A stretch of 53,872 bases of DNA from an uncultured Rickettsiales bacterium (GTDB lineage: Bacteria; Pseudomonadota; Alphaproteobacteria; Rickettsiales; SXRF01): the NCBI GenBank assembly GCA_964487265.1, contig CAZAQK010000002.1:1-53872 (forward strand). Direction: 5' to 3'. Positions 46,027 to 53,872 of the stretch are shown here, piece after piece. Below the pieces are notes generated by a model. It was not told the origin of the DNA, made no database searches, and saw only the letters and a program-made list of their open reading frames with translations. Both the position numbers and the translations under genes were made by a program. Positions within the stretch are counted from its first letter, which is position 1. Each line of letters starts with the position of its first letter.

Positions 46027-47901
46027 ATGACGCAAAAAAGCGAAGAAAAACTTAAGTTTGGAGCGGAAGTCAGCAAGATTCTGCAGCTGGTCATCCATTC
46101 GCTGTATACGAATAAAGATATATTTATCAGAGAGTTGATATCAAATGCCTCCGACGCCTGCGATAAGCTGCGCTATGAAGCGGTGACCAAGCCAGAGCTT
46201 GCTGAAGGCAGTGCGGCATACAGCATTGACCTGTTGGTGGATAAGGCGGCGGGCACACTCACCATCCGAGATAATGGGATTGGTATGGGCCGTGATGAGT
46301 TGGTTGCCAATCTCGGCACTATCGCTAAATCCGGTACGCAGGAATTCCTCAATGCCCTTACAAAAGATAATAAAAAAGATGCACTTCTCATCGGGCAGTT
46401 CGGTGTTGGGTTTTATTCCGCGTTCATGGTTGCGGATAAGGTAACGGTTGTATCAACACGTGCTGGGGCTAAGGAAAGCTGGCAGTGGGAATCTGAAGGG
46501 CAGGGTGAGTTTACCGTAACGGCGGCCGAAGCTGCACCTCGCGGTACATCCATTAGACTGCATCTGAAAAAAGGCGAAGAGGAATATCTGGATGCATTCC
46601 GCCTGCGCCATATTGTGCAGACCTACTCTGACCATATTTCTTTTCCCATTACGCTGACCGATGCGGAGGGCCATACAGAAACCATCAATACGGGTGCGGC
46701 ACTGTGGATGCGGCCCAAGAATGATATCAAGCCGGAGCAGTATGCGGAATTTTACCGCCATGTGGCGCATGCGCCGGATGAGCCATGGCTTACGTTGCAC
46801 AATAAGGCCGAAGGCAAGGTGGAATATGTGAGCTTGCTGTTCGTGCCATCTGCCAAACCGTTTGACCTTTTCCATCCGGATAGGAAACGCCGCGTGAAGC
46901 TCTATGTGAAGCGCGTGTTCATTACCGAGGAGAATGCTGACCTCGTGCCGCAATATATGCGCTTCCTGCGTGGTGTGGTGGATTCGGAAGATCTGCCGCT
47001 CAATATCAGCCGTGAGACATTGCAGCATAACCCGCTTATGACGAAGATACGCGAATCCATCGTGAAGCGTGTGCTTACTGAGCTGAAGAAAAAAGGTGAA
47101 GAGGATGAGAAATCATACCTTGAATTCTGGAATAACTTTGGGCCCGTGCTGAAGGAAGGGCTGTGCGAAGGCCATTCCCCGCGTGAGCAGATTCTGGAAG
47201 TATGCCGCTTCGGCACGAATCTTTCAGACGAAAAAACCACGCTGGATAATTATATCAGCCGCATGAAAGAAGGGCAGGAAGCTATTTTTTACCTGACAGG
47301 GGATAATGTGGATGTGATGCGCCAGAGCCCGCAGATCGAGGGTTTCACCAAGCGCGGCATCGAGGTGCTTTTGCTTTCCGACCATGTGGATGATTTCTGG
47401 GTGAATGTGGTGATGGATTATAAGGGTAAGAAACTTAAATCTGTAACCCGTGCGGATATTGACCTTGATGCCGTGGCCAAGGAACAATCACCGGAAGAAA
47501 AACCAAAGGTGGATAGTGATGCAGTGAATGCGCTGTGCGAAAAACTAAAATCCATTCTGGGTGACAAGGTAAGGGATGTGCGCGCCACGCATAAACTGAC
47601 GCAAAGTGCGGTGTGTTTAGCGGTGGAAGAAGGCGCGATGGATTTCCGCTTTGAGCGTTTCCTGGTGGAGCAGAAGCAACTGGGCGCGACATCGGCAAAG
47701 ATTCTGGAGATCAACCCTGATCATTCCATCATCAAATCGCTTATGGCCAAAGCAGCGGATGTGAAATACACCGCGGAAGTGGAAGATGTGACGTGGTTGC
47801 TCTTTGACCAGGCGCGTATTGTGGAGGGTGAGGATATCACCGACCCCGCAGCATTTACACGCCGCCTGCAGAATTTTGTGGAAAAAAGCCTTGCCGCATA
47901 A
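46027..47901 (+). CDS. htpG: Molecular chaperone HtpG (Hsp90)
   Basis: LYTNKDIFIRELISNASDACDKLR, GQFGVGFYSAFMVADKV, LNISRETLQ. Confidence 0.96.
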   Translation: MTQKSEEKLKFGAEVSKILQLVIHSLYTNKDIFIRELISNASDACDKLRYEAVTKPELAEGSAAYSIDLLVDKAAGTLTIRDNGIGMGRDELVANLGTIAKSGTQEFLNALTKDNKKDALLIGQFGVGFYSAFMVADKVTVVSTRAGAKESWQWESEGQGEFTVTAAEAAPRGTSIRLHLKKGEEEYLDAFRLRHIVQTYSDHISFPITLTDAEGHTETINTGAALWMRPKNDIKPEQYAEFYRHVAHAPDEPWLTLHNKAEGKVEYVSLLFVPSAKPFDLFHPDRKRRVKLYVKRVFITEENADLVPQYMRFLRGVVDSEDLPLNISRETLQHNPLMTKIRESIVKRVLTELKKKGEEDEKSYLEFWNNFGPVLKEGLCEGHSPREQILEVCRFGTNLSDEKTTLDNYISRMKEGQEAIFYLTGDNVDVMRQSPQIEGFTKRGIEVLLLSDHVDDFWVNVVMDYKGKKLKSVTRADIDLDAVAKEQSPEEKPKVDSDAVNALCEKLKSILGDKVRDVRATHKLTQSAVCLAVEEGAMDFRFERFLVEQKQLGATSAKILEINPDHSIIKSLMAKAADVKYTAEVEDVTWLLFDQARIVEGEDITDPAAFTRRLQNFVEKSLAA

Positions 47902-48034
47902 AAAGTATATTACGTTTTAGTTTTTATTCGCTTAGTCGCAGATACTAACGGAAAATTAACGTATTTTTACGTATATTGCAGCTGTGTCCTGATTACGCTA
48001 AAATCCACGCGCTTTTTTGAAAGATAAGGTACGC

Positions 48035-49057
48035 ATGGTCAAACAAAATACTTTTAAAGGATACGCACGCAAAGCGCCAAACAATGCGGAAAGCTATTCA
48101 GCTGAAACGGTTGATAAGCTGCGTGCGGAACTTGAACTGCTAACATCCTATTCGAACGACACCATTTATCGGCTTCGTTACGACACGATGCGCTATGATT
48201 ACATCAGCCCTTCGGTGGTGCGCCTTTTGGGCTTCACGCCGGATGAGCTTATTAACCTGAACATTCGCACGCTGATTCTGGAAACGCGCATCGTCACCAA
48301 TGCGCTGAAATCAGTGGAATCCTTCAGCCCGCTGGAAGAAGAGCGCAAGCGCGGCAATGTGCATAAATGGCAGGCCGACTACCTGATGCGCACCAAGGAT
48401 GGCCGCAAGATATGGGTATCTGATATTTCCTATCCGTGGTTCGATGACAGCGGAACCATCATCGGATCGGTGGGGTCTTTACGCGATATTACCGAACGTG
48501 TAACGGCAGAAGCTACTGCCAAGGATGAGATCACCCGTGTGGTCAGCACCGACCAGCTCACCGGCCTTGGCACACGCCGTGTGTTTTTCACCAAGCTGGA
48601 AGATGAGCTGAAGCGCATCAAGCGCAGCCGTGAAGATTTATCGCTGCTGCTTATCGACATGGATAATTTTAAGACCATCAATAATAATTATGGCCAGGAG
48701 ATGGGCGATAAGGTGCTGCAGGCCGTGGCAAAAATTATTAAAAGCTGCCTGCGCGAAACGGATTTAGGTGCGCGCATCGGCGGCGAGGAATTTGGTGTGG
48801 TGCTGCCGGAGACGCCGGCGAATGGCGCGTTTTGGGTGGGTGAGCGTATCCGCACATCGGTAGCGAAGGAAAGTTTCAATATTGGTGAAGGTAATCAGCT
48901 GTTTGGCTGTACGGTATCCATCGGTATCGCCTCTGCCCGTTTTGACCATAACACCGATGCCGAGGCACTCTACAAAACCGCCGACCAGCGGCTTTACATC
49001 GCCAAGCATACTGGCCGTAACCAGGTTTCCATGGATGAACTGGTCGAGATGCATTAA
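48035..49057 (+). CDS. PAS domain-containing diguanylate cyclase (GGDEF)
   Basis: PAS-like N-terminal half. DQLTGLGTRRVF, LLLIDMDNFKTINNNYG and the active site RIGGEEFGVVL. The start is ambiguous (TTG 48017 or ATG 48035). Confidence 0.85.
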   Translation: MVKQNTFKGYARKAPNNAESYSAETVDKLRAELELLTSYSNDTIYRLRYDTMRYDYISPSVVRLLGFTPDELINLNIRTLILETRIVTNALKSVESFSPLEEERKRGNVHKWQADYLMRTKDGRKIWVSDISYPWFDDSGTIIGSVGSLRDITERVTAEATAKDEITRVVSTDQLTGLGTRRVFFTKLEDELKRIKRSREDLSLLLIDMDNFKTINNNYGQEMGDKVLQAVAKIIKSCLRETDLGARIGGEEFGVVLPETPANGAFWVGERIRTSVAKESFNIGEGNQLFGCTVSIGIASARFDHNTDAEALYKTADQRLYIAKHTGRNQVSMDELVEMH

Positions 49058-49136
49058 TTAATAAGGCTTAGACAAACACTTAATACATATGTATATTTCC
49101 GGTTTGCCACGTAGTTTTTGAGTTTTGGAGATACAT

Positions 49137-49514
49137 ATGAAATTTTCTGGTTTATCTGAATTTTTAGTTGCCTTTTTCCCATTGGTTACTGTGATAGGAA
49201 ATGCTTATGCATTCCCTACGATTACCAATCCAGGAACTACAACCATTGGAGCGCAGCCTGGTGTTGTTCAGGGTGGACAAATATCGCAAACTCTTGATCG
49301 TGCCATAATCGACTGGTCTAGATTCAATAATGGATCGCCGGAAAATGTTACTATTAGTAATCAAGTGACGCATATGATGGTACCGGACGCAACGGATCCA
49401 CATTTCAATGATAGTCATGTATCACCTTCCGCAGGTGAACAGGATACTTCGACGCTATCACCTGAAGATTCTGCCAATCTGGCATTACATAAACTTGGTT
49501 TGGCAAGCGAGTAA
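49137..49514 (+). CDS. Small secreted protein with a truncated TPS (filamentous-haemagglutinin N-terminal)-like motif. Possible gene remnant.
   Basis: GGAG SD 6 nt before the ATG. Signal peptide ...VTVIGNAYA. RAIIDWSRFNNGSPENVTISNQ resembles the start of the TpsA secretion domain (aIInWqsFnIg..e.v.F.q), then diverges. Lies in an AT-rich island. Confidence 0.45.
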   Translation: MKFSGLSEFLVAFFPLVTVIGNAYAFPTITNPGTTTIGAQPGVVQGGQISQTLDRAIIDWSRFNNGSPENVTISNQVTHMMVPDATDPHFNDSHVSPSAGEQDTSTLSPEDSANLALHKLGLASE

Positions 49515-49551
49515 CAATCCGGTTCTGTAAGTTGCTTTTTTTCAAGGCAAT

Positions 49552-50247
49552 ATGCACATCCTCGCTCTCCAACATGTAGCTTTTGAAACACCCGGCCTGA
49601 TTGCTGAGTGGGCAAAAGCGCGTGGGCATACGCTTACTATTGTGCGCAGTGATGAGGCGGACAGCCTGCCAACCACCGATAGCTTCGATATGCTGGTGGT
49701 GATGGGCGGACCGATGGGTGTGCATGATGTGGCGGAACATCCGTGGCTGGTGGCGGAGAAGGCACTTATCAAATCAGCTATCGATGCAGGGAAATATGTG
49801 CTTGGTGTGTGCCTTGGCGCGCAGCTGATTGCGGATGTGCTGGGAGCGAAGGTCTACCCCAATATCGTAAAAGAAATTGGCTGGATGCCGGTTGCCATTC
49901 CCGATGGTGCACTGCATAAGCCTGTGCTTGCTGGATTGAACCATGCGATGACGGTGTTCCACTGGCATGGCGACACATTTGATTTGCCATGCGACGCAAC
50001 GCATTTGATGGCGAGTGGTGCCTGCAGAAATCAGGCATTTATGTATGGCAGCAAAGTGCTGGGGTTGCAGTTCCATCTGGAGATGACGGAGCAGGGAATT
50101 AATGCGCTGATAGAGCATTGCGGGCATGAGCTGGTTGACTCACCAACCATACAGGACGCAAAAACACTGCAAGCGGGAATAAAACATATTCCAGCCTGCC
50201 GCACGGTATTATTCAGACTGCTGGATAATTTGACCTTGCCAGCTTGA
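49552..50247 (+). CDS. Class I glutamine amidotransferase (GATase1, GuaA-N-like stand-alone)
   Basis: VLGVCLGAQLIADVLGA (nucleophile elbow Cys) and FHWHGDTFDLP (His). Confidence 0.85.
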   Translation: MHILALQHVAFETPGLIAEWAKARGHTLTIVRSDEADSLPTTDSFDMLVVMGGPMGVHDVAEHPWLVAEKALIKSAIDAGKYVLGVCLGAQLIADVLGAKVYPNIVKEIGWMPVAIPDGALHKPVLAGLNHAMTVFHWHGDTFDLPCDATHLMASGACRNQAFMYGSKVLGLQFHLEMTEQGINALIEHCGHELVDSPTIQDAKTLQAGIKHIPACRTVLFRLLDNLTLPA

Positions 50248-50296
50248 CCTGCCTCCATCTGTTCCTATATCGTGAGCTCTCAACGGAAGGAATCTT

Positions 50297-50818
50297 ATGC
50301 GCAATAAAGCAGAAGCAATGATTGAAAACGGCCTGTTTGCCAGCCGCTGGCTGATGGCACCGATCTATGTGGGGCTGGTTGGCGGGTTGATATTGCTGGT
50401 GATGAGCTTTTTTCAGGAGCTGATGCATCTTTTCGGGCAATTTCCTGAATTGAACCAGAACGATATTATCCTTGGTATTCTTTCATTGATCGATCTGTCA
50501 CTAGCGGGAAACCTGCTGCTGATTGTGATTTTTTCCGGTTATGAGAATTTTGTTTCTAAGATGGAAACGGAGGAGCATATCGACCAGCCGGAATGGAAAG
50601 GCACGGTGGATTTTACCACACTGAAACTGAAGCTGATCGCCTCTATCGTGGCGATCTCCGGTATTCATCTGCTGAAAGTATTCATGGATGTGAATAAATA
50701 TACCGACAGCCACATTATGTGGATGGTGGTGATACACCTGGTATTCGTGGTGTCCGGCGTGCTGCTTGCGCTGATGGATAAAATTGCGGTCAGCGCAAAA
50801 GTGATGAAGCAGAAATAG
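50297..50818 (+). CDS. UPF0114 / YqhA family membrane protein
   Basis: MIENGLFASRWLMAPIYVGLVGGLILLVMSFFQEL parallels E. coli YqhA [31 protein letters not shown]. Confidence 0.8.
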   Translation: MRNKAEAMIENGLFASRWLMAPIYVGLVGGLILLVMSFFQELMHLFGQFPELNQNDIILGILSLIDLSLAGNLLLIVIFSGYENFVSKMETEEHIDQPEWKGTVDFTTLKLKLIASIVAISGIHLLKVFMDVNKYTDSHIMWMVVIHLVFVVSGVLLALMDKIAVSAKVMKQK

Positions 50819-50820
50819 GG

Positions 50821-51828
50821 TTAGTAAGCCCGCTCGGCGCAGAAATCGACGAGTTCCAGCATGGCCTGCTTGGCGGCACTTTCCGGCAGTGGTGCCAGTG
50901 CGGCAATGGCCTTGTTGCAATAATCATGGGTCATGTTCATGCAGGCCGCCAGTGCGTCATGCTTTTCCAGATAGTTCATGGCTTGTTGCAGATCTTCCGG
51001 AATCTGGTCTTTATCGGCGAGGCAGCGGTTCCAGAAGGTTTTTTCATTTTCGTCCCCGGCGGCATAGGCCAATATCACCGGCAGGGTGATCTTGCCTTCG
51101 CGGAAATCATCGCCCACGGTTTTGCCCAGCGTTTCCTGATTTGCGCTGTAATCCAGCACATCATCCACCAGCTGGAAGGCAATGCCAATGGAAGTGCCAA
51201 AACTGCGCATGCTGGCACGCAGATTTTCCTTATTGGCGGCAACGGCACCGAGTTCGCAGGTGGCGGCAAAGAGTGCGGCGGTTTTGGATTCGATGACTTT
51301 CATATAGTCATCCACCGTGGTTTCGGGGTCACCTTCGGTCATCAGCTGCATCACTTCGCCCTGAGCGATGATCGCCGAGGCGTCTGAGAGGATTTTAAGC
51401 ACGGTAGTTGCGCCGTCCTCCACCATCATCTGGAAGGCCTGCGACAGCAGGAAATCACCCACCAGAACGCTGGCTTTATTGCCGAATATTTCGTTGGCGG
51501 TGGCCATGCCGCGGCGGAGCGCGCTTTCATCCACCACATCGTCATGCAGCAAGGTGGCAGTATGGATGAATTCCACCGCAGTGGCCAATGCAATGTGGCG
51601 CGTGCCTTCAAAACCGCAGGCCTTGGATGAAATCAGCGTGAGTGCAGGGCGAATGCGCTTGCCGCCTGAGGCAATGATGTGGCGTGCCACTTCATGAATC
51701 AGCGGCACTTCACTTTTAATGCGTGCAAGGATCAGTGCATCCACCTGTTTCAGGTCTTGCTGGATGAGGCTATAAAGCGCATCCAGGGTAGCTATTTTGG
51801 ATTGTGTTGCCGTGGCGGTGTTCATCAT
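50821..51828 (-). CDS. ispB: Octaprenyl/long-chain polyprenyl diphosphate synthase
   Basis: GGKRIRPALTL, LLHDDVVDESALRRG, FQLVDDVLDY. Confidence 0.9.
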   Translation of the reverse strand: MMNTATATQSKIATLDALYSLIQQDLKQVDALILARIKSEVPLIHEVARHIIASGGKRIRPALTLISSKACGFEGTRHIALATAVEFIHTATLLHDDVVDESALRRGMATANEIFGNKASVLVGDFLLSQAFQMMVEDGATTVLKILSDASAIIAQGEVMQLMTEGDPETTVDDYMKVIESKTAALFAATCELGAVAANKENLRASMRSFGTSIGIAFQLVDDVLDYSANQETLGKTVGDDFREGKITLPVILAYAAGDENEKTFWNRCLADKDQIPEDLQQAMNYLEKHDALAACMNMTHDYCNKAIAALAPLPESAAKQAMLELVDFCAERAY

Positions 51829-52009
51829 AAGTTCAAGGTATTAGTGCCAATTCGCTAAAAAATACAGGAGAATTTAGTACGCAACTTATCCTTAGCCGGA
51901 TTGTGCTGGCCGAACCCGGCAGACAGTGTGAAAGGAAGGCAGGAAGCAGGTTTCTGGCATTTTTTGTCATCAATATGTAACAAAAGCGTCATATGGCTGT
52001 AATACAGTT

Positions 52010-52044
52010 ATGGTTAAATATAACCATTACCAATTTATTGGTAA
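52010..52044. promoter_or_regulatory. Two abutting 7-4-7 palindromes upstream of the 52072 gene (candidate operator)
   Basis: ATGGTTA-AATA-TAACCAT (52010-52027) and TTACCAA-TTTA-TTGGTAA (52027-52044), giving four TGGT(T/A)A half-sites 28 nt upstream of the ATG. The SD AAGGAG is at 52058-52063. Confidence 0.4.
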
Positions 52045-52071
52045 GCCATTAAAAAACAAGGAGATATAACA

Positions 52072-52374
52072 ATGAAAAATTCTTCAAAAATTTTGGCAGC
52101 CGCACTGTTTTCAGCCGTAGCATTTACTGGTTCCGTACAGACAGCCACTGCACAGATCGTGATTCTTCATCCTGAATATGAACAATACGTACAAGATCAG
52201 GAGAGGTGCCGTCAGAAACATGTTGATGCAGTAAATGCGTGTACTGCCAATAAATCACTGACCGTAGAACAATACAAGAAATGCCGTGCAGAAGCGGACG
52301 CTGAGAAAAAGAAATGCGATGATTTTGCAAGATATATGTACGATCTGGCAAGCCGCTCACGTCGCCGCTACTAA
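52072..52374 (+). CDS. Small secreted Cys-containing protein (100 aa), unknown function
   Basis: Strong SD. Signal peptide MKNSSKILAAALFSAVAFTGSVQTATA|Q. Four Cys in the mature part. Confidence 0.6.
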   Translation: MKNSSKILAAALFSAVAFTGSVQTATAQIVILHPEYEQYVQDQERCRQKHVDAVNACTANKSLTVEQYKKCRAEADAEKKKCDDFARYMYDLASRSRRRY

Positions 52375-52395
52375 TTGTTGATATATGAGACTACC

Positions 52396-52424
52396 CAGCG
52401 CAGCCACATAAAGTGGCTGCGCTG
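52396..52424. terminator. 12-bp stem-loop between convergent genes (candidate bidirectional terminator)
   Basis: CAGCGCAGCCAC ATAAA GTGGCTGCGCTG. No clear T-tract. Confidence 0.45.
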
Positions 52425-52443
52425 ATGTCTTTCAGGGGGCCAT

Positions 52444-53872
52444 TTAAGCGTTCAGATCGCTGTGTGGTATGTTGGTTTCTTCCAGCGGGCGCACAGGAAA
52501 TTCCTGCACCGTCTGGAAGGCCAGCTGGCCCTTATAGCCGGTGAGTTCAGCCATTTGATTATATATGGCGAAGATATCCTGTTTGGTGGCATCATCCAGT
52601 TGGGTGCGGGTGCGGACATAAAGGTCGAATTCCAGTAGTTCGGGATCTTTGCGGACAAAACCATCAAGCTGCAATTCACCCATCTGGCTTAGATCCAGTT
52701 CCACGATGAAGCGTGTATCTTCTTCTGGCGTGCCTTCACGGTCATTTTTTTGTTTACGGTCACGTTTCAGGAAAAAACGTACCTGCTGCACATCGCCATG
52801 CACGGCAATTGGGAAAAACAGGCTCTGCCATTGGCCCGGTTGCGCTTCACCGAACTGCTTGCCCAGTGCGAGGAATTCACCCTCTGCTTTGCGCACGAGT
52901 GTGCCATGCCCGTTATCTTCCAGCCAGCTGCTGTTTTCGCGCCCCAGCCAGCCACGGAAATCACCACCGCGCAGGGCAGCAATGAACACCATGAGGCCGG
53001 ATGGAATAGCCTGCGGGTTCAAGGTGGGTGCAGCATTGCCTTGTGGTGGTGCATGACCGAACAGTGACGCAAGGCCTGAGTTATTCAGGCTATCTGCCGA
53101 TAGATGTTGGGTGAGTAAGGTTACGATCTGCTGCAATGCCGGCCACTGGCGCGCAAGTGTTGTGACCGGATCAGGTAATTCTGATGCGCTGACGGGCTGA
53201 GTCTGCGGCTGGCCGGACTGGCTGACTTTGTTGACATCAAAGGTCAGGCTGATGCCCTGCGGAAGCGGGGAAGTGGTGTTCAGCTGAAGTGTGGCACCGG
53301 TTGATGTCTGTATGATGGTTTCACCGGTTGGCGTGCGGCCGGTGACAACGCCCTGCAACACAGAGCCTAATGTAATCGGTGGGGGTGTCTGCGCTGTGGA
53401 AGCGGCTGGCAGTGGAGCCTGTGCCTGTTGCGGCGTGCCCACGGGTGTTTGTGTGGTGGCAGGATTTGGCGGAGGATTTGTGGTGCTCACTGCCTTGGCA
53501 TAAGCAGCATAGGGTGAGGTGGGGGCTGCGGATTGTGCTGGCGCAGATGGCGCAGTTTTTGGAGCAGTAGTAGCTGGTTCCGCTGCCGATAGCACTCTGA
53601 CCAGAAGTTGTGAGCCGCTGGGCAGGTCTGGTTGCTCGGTGAGCAGGGTTGCTGTGATGGTGGCCTGTGCGCTGATGGTGGCGGCTGGTGTTAGACGCGG
53701 CTGGGAGATGGGTGCGATGGTATCCTGTGGTTGGCGCGGCGGCTGAGACTGGCCTTCTATCGGCTTTGGCAGCACGGCTCCTTTTTCTGGTGCGGGTGGC
53801 GGGTTGCCATCGATGCTGATGATGGTGGCCTGCTGCTGCCCCTGCCGGGTATCGACACGGATGACCAGCTCG
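52444..53872 (-). CDS. Pro/Thr/Gln-rich protein with a FliK-like (hook-length control, Flg_hook-type) C-terminal domain. Partial: the reading frame is open to the window end.
   Basis: No stop occurs upstream of the track start (53775) up to 53872. C-terminal region: TRFIVELDLSQMGELQLDGFVRKDPELLEFDLYVRTRTQLDDATKQDIFAIYNQMAELTGY. This follows the FliK C-terminal pattern (L.L.P..LG.l.v.l.......v.f.....t...l......L...L...G). Confidence 0.55.
   Translation of the reverse strand, partial: ELVIRVDTRQGQQQATIISIDGNPPPAPEKGAVLPKPIEGQSQPPRQPQDTIAPISQPRLTPAATISAQATITATLLTEQPDLPSGSQLLVRVLSAAEPATTAPKTAPSAPAQSAAPTSPYAAYAKAVSTTNPPPNPATTQTPVGTPQQAQAPLPAASTAQTPPPITLGSVLQGVVTGRTPTGETIIQTSTGATLQLNTTSPLPQGISLTFDVNKVSQSGQPQTQPVSASELPDPVTTLARQWPALQQIVTLLTQHLSADSLNNSGLASLFGHAPPQGNAAPTLNPQAIPSGLMVFIAALRGGDFRGWLGRENSSWLEDNGHGTLVRKAEGEFLALGKQFGEAQPGQWQSLFFPIAVHGDVQQVRFFLKRDRKQKNDREGTPEEDTRFIVELDLSQMGELQLDGFVRKDPELLEFDLYVRTRTQLDDATKQDIFAIYNQMAELTGYKGQLAFQTVQEFPVRPLEETNIPHSDLNA

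Noticed and set aside
52900-53775. The Pro/Thr/Ala-rich region of the FliK-like gene might be a DNA tandem-repeat array.
   Set aside because: The amino-acid composition is biased, but I could not find a regular nucleotide repeat unit. It is low-complexity coding sequence rather than a tandem repeat.

Overview
This 53.9-kb window looks like a mostly housekeeping chromosomal segment from an alphaproteobacterium-like genome. Supporting markers are a three-gene pntAA/pntAB/pntB transhydrogenase, the membrane pyrophosphatase hppA, a BP26/SIMPL protein, a DUF1674 motif, an orphan motA and a GANTC cluster. I support about 46 CDS. They include dnaE, a pabB-pabC / folK-folP-folC folate cluster, dapD, truA-fmt-def-gltX, comEC, uvrD, an MFP+RND efflux pair, yacG-rpe-rsmB, hppA, xseB-ispA, pntAA-AB-B, apaG-folE, dgkA-lplT-aas, htpG, a PAS-GGDEF protein, ispB and a FliK-like partial gene. 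I saw no rRNA, tRNA, CRISPR array, transposase, integrase or recognisable defence genes. The standard genetic code applies, because TGA, TAA and TAG all terminate well-supported genes.

The most unusual feature is a dense population of short palindromic MITE/REP-like elements with (T/C)GTCAY...RTGAC(A/G) termini. There are at least 9 copies in 3 subfamilies. Some sit inside operons and show compensatory stem changes. Some are translated as parts of CDS: the C-terminus and stop of the RND pump, and the signal peptide of the SIMPL protein.

Other points worth follow-up:
- a eukaryote-like acid-ceramidase/NAAA-type Ntn hydrolase translationally coupled to dgkA-lplT-aas
- a secreted ankyrin-repeat protein
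- a GNAT acetyltransferase fused to an SDHAF4/DUF1674 tail
- a dnaE 5' end apparently split by an ATGA overlap
- inverted heptamer arrays rich in GANTC at the gltX/comEC promoter
- a 147-bp imperfect palindrome upstream of pntAA
- a strand-polar over-represented GGGGTATA motif

All homology statements come from my recognition of motifs in the translations. No database search was run.
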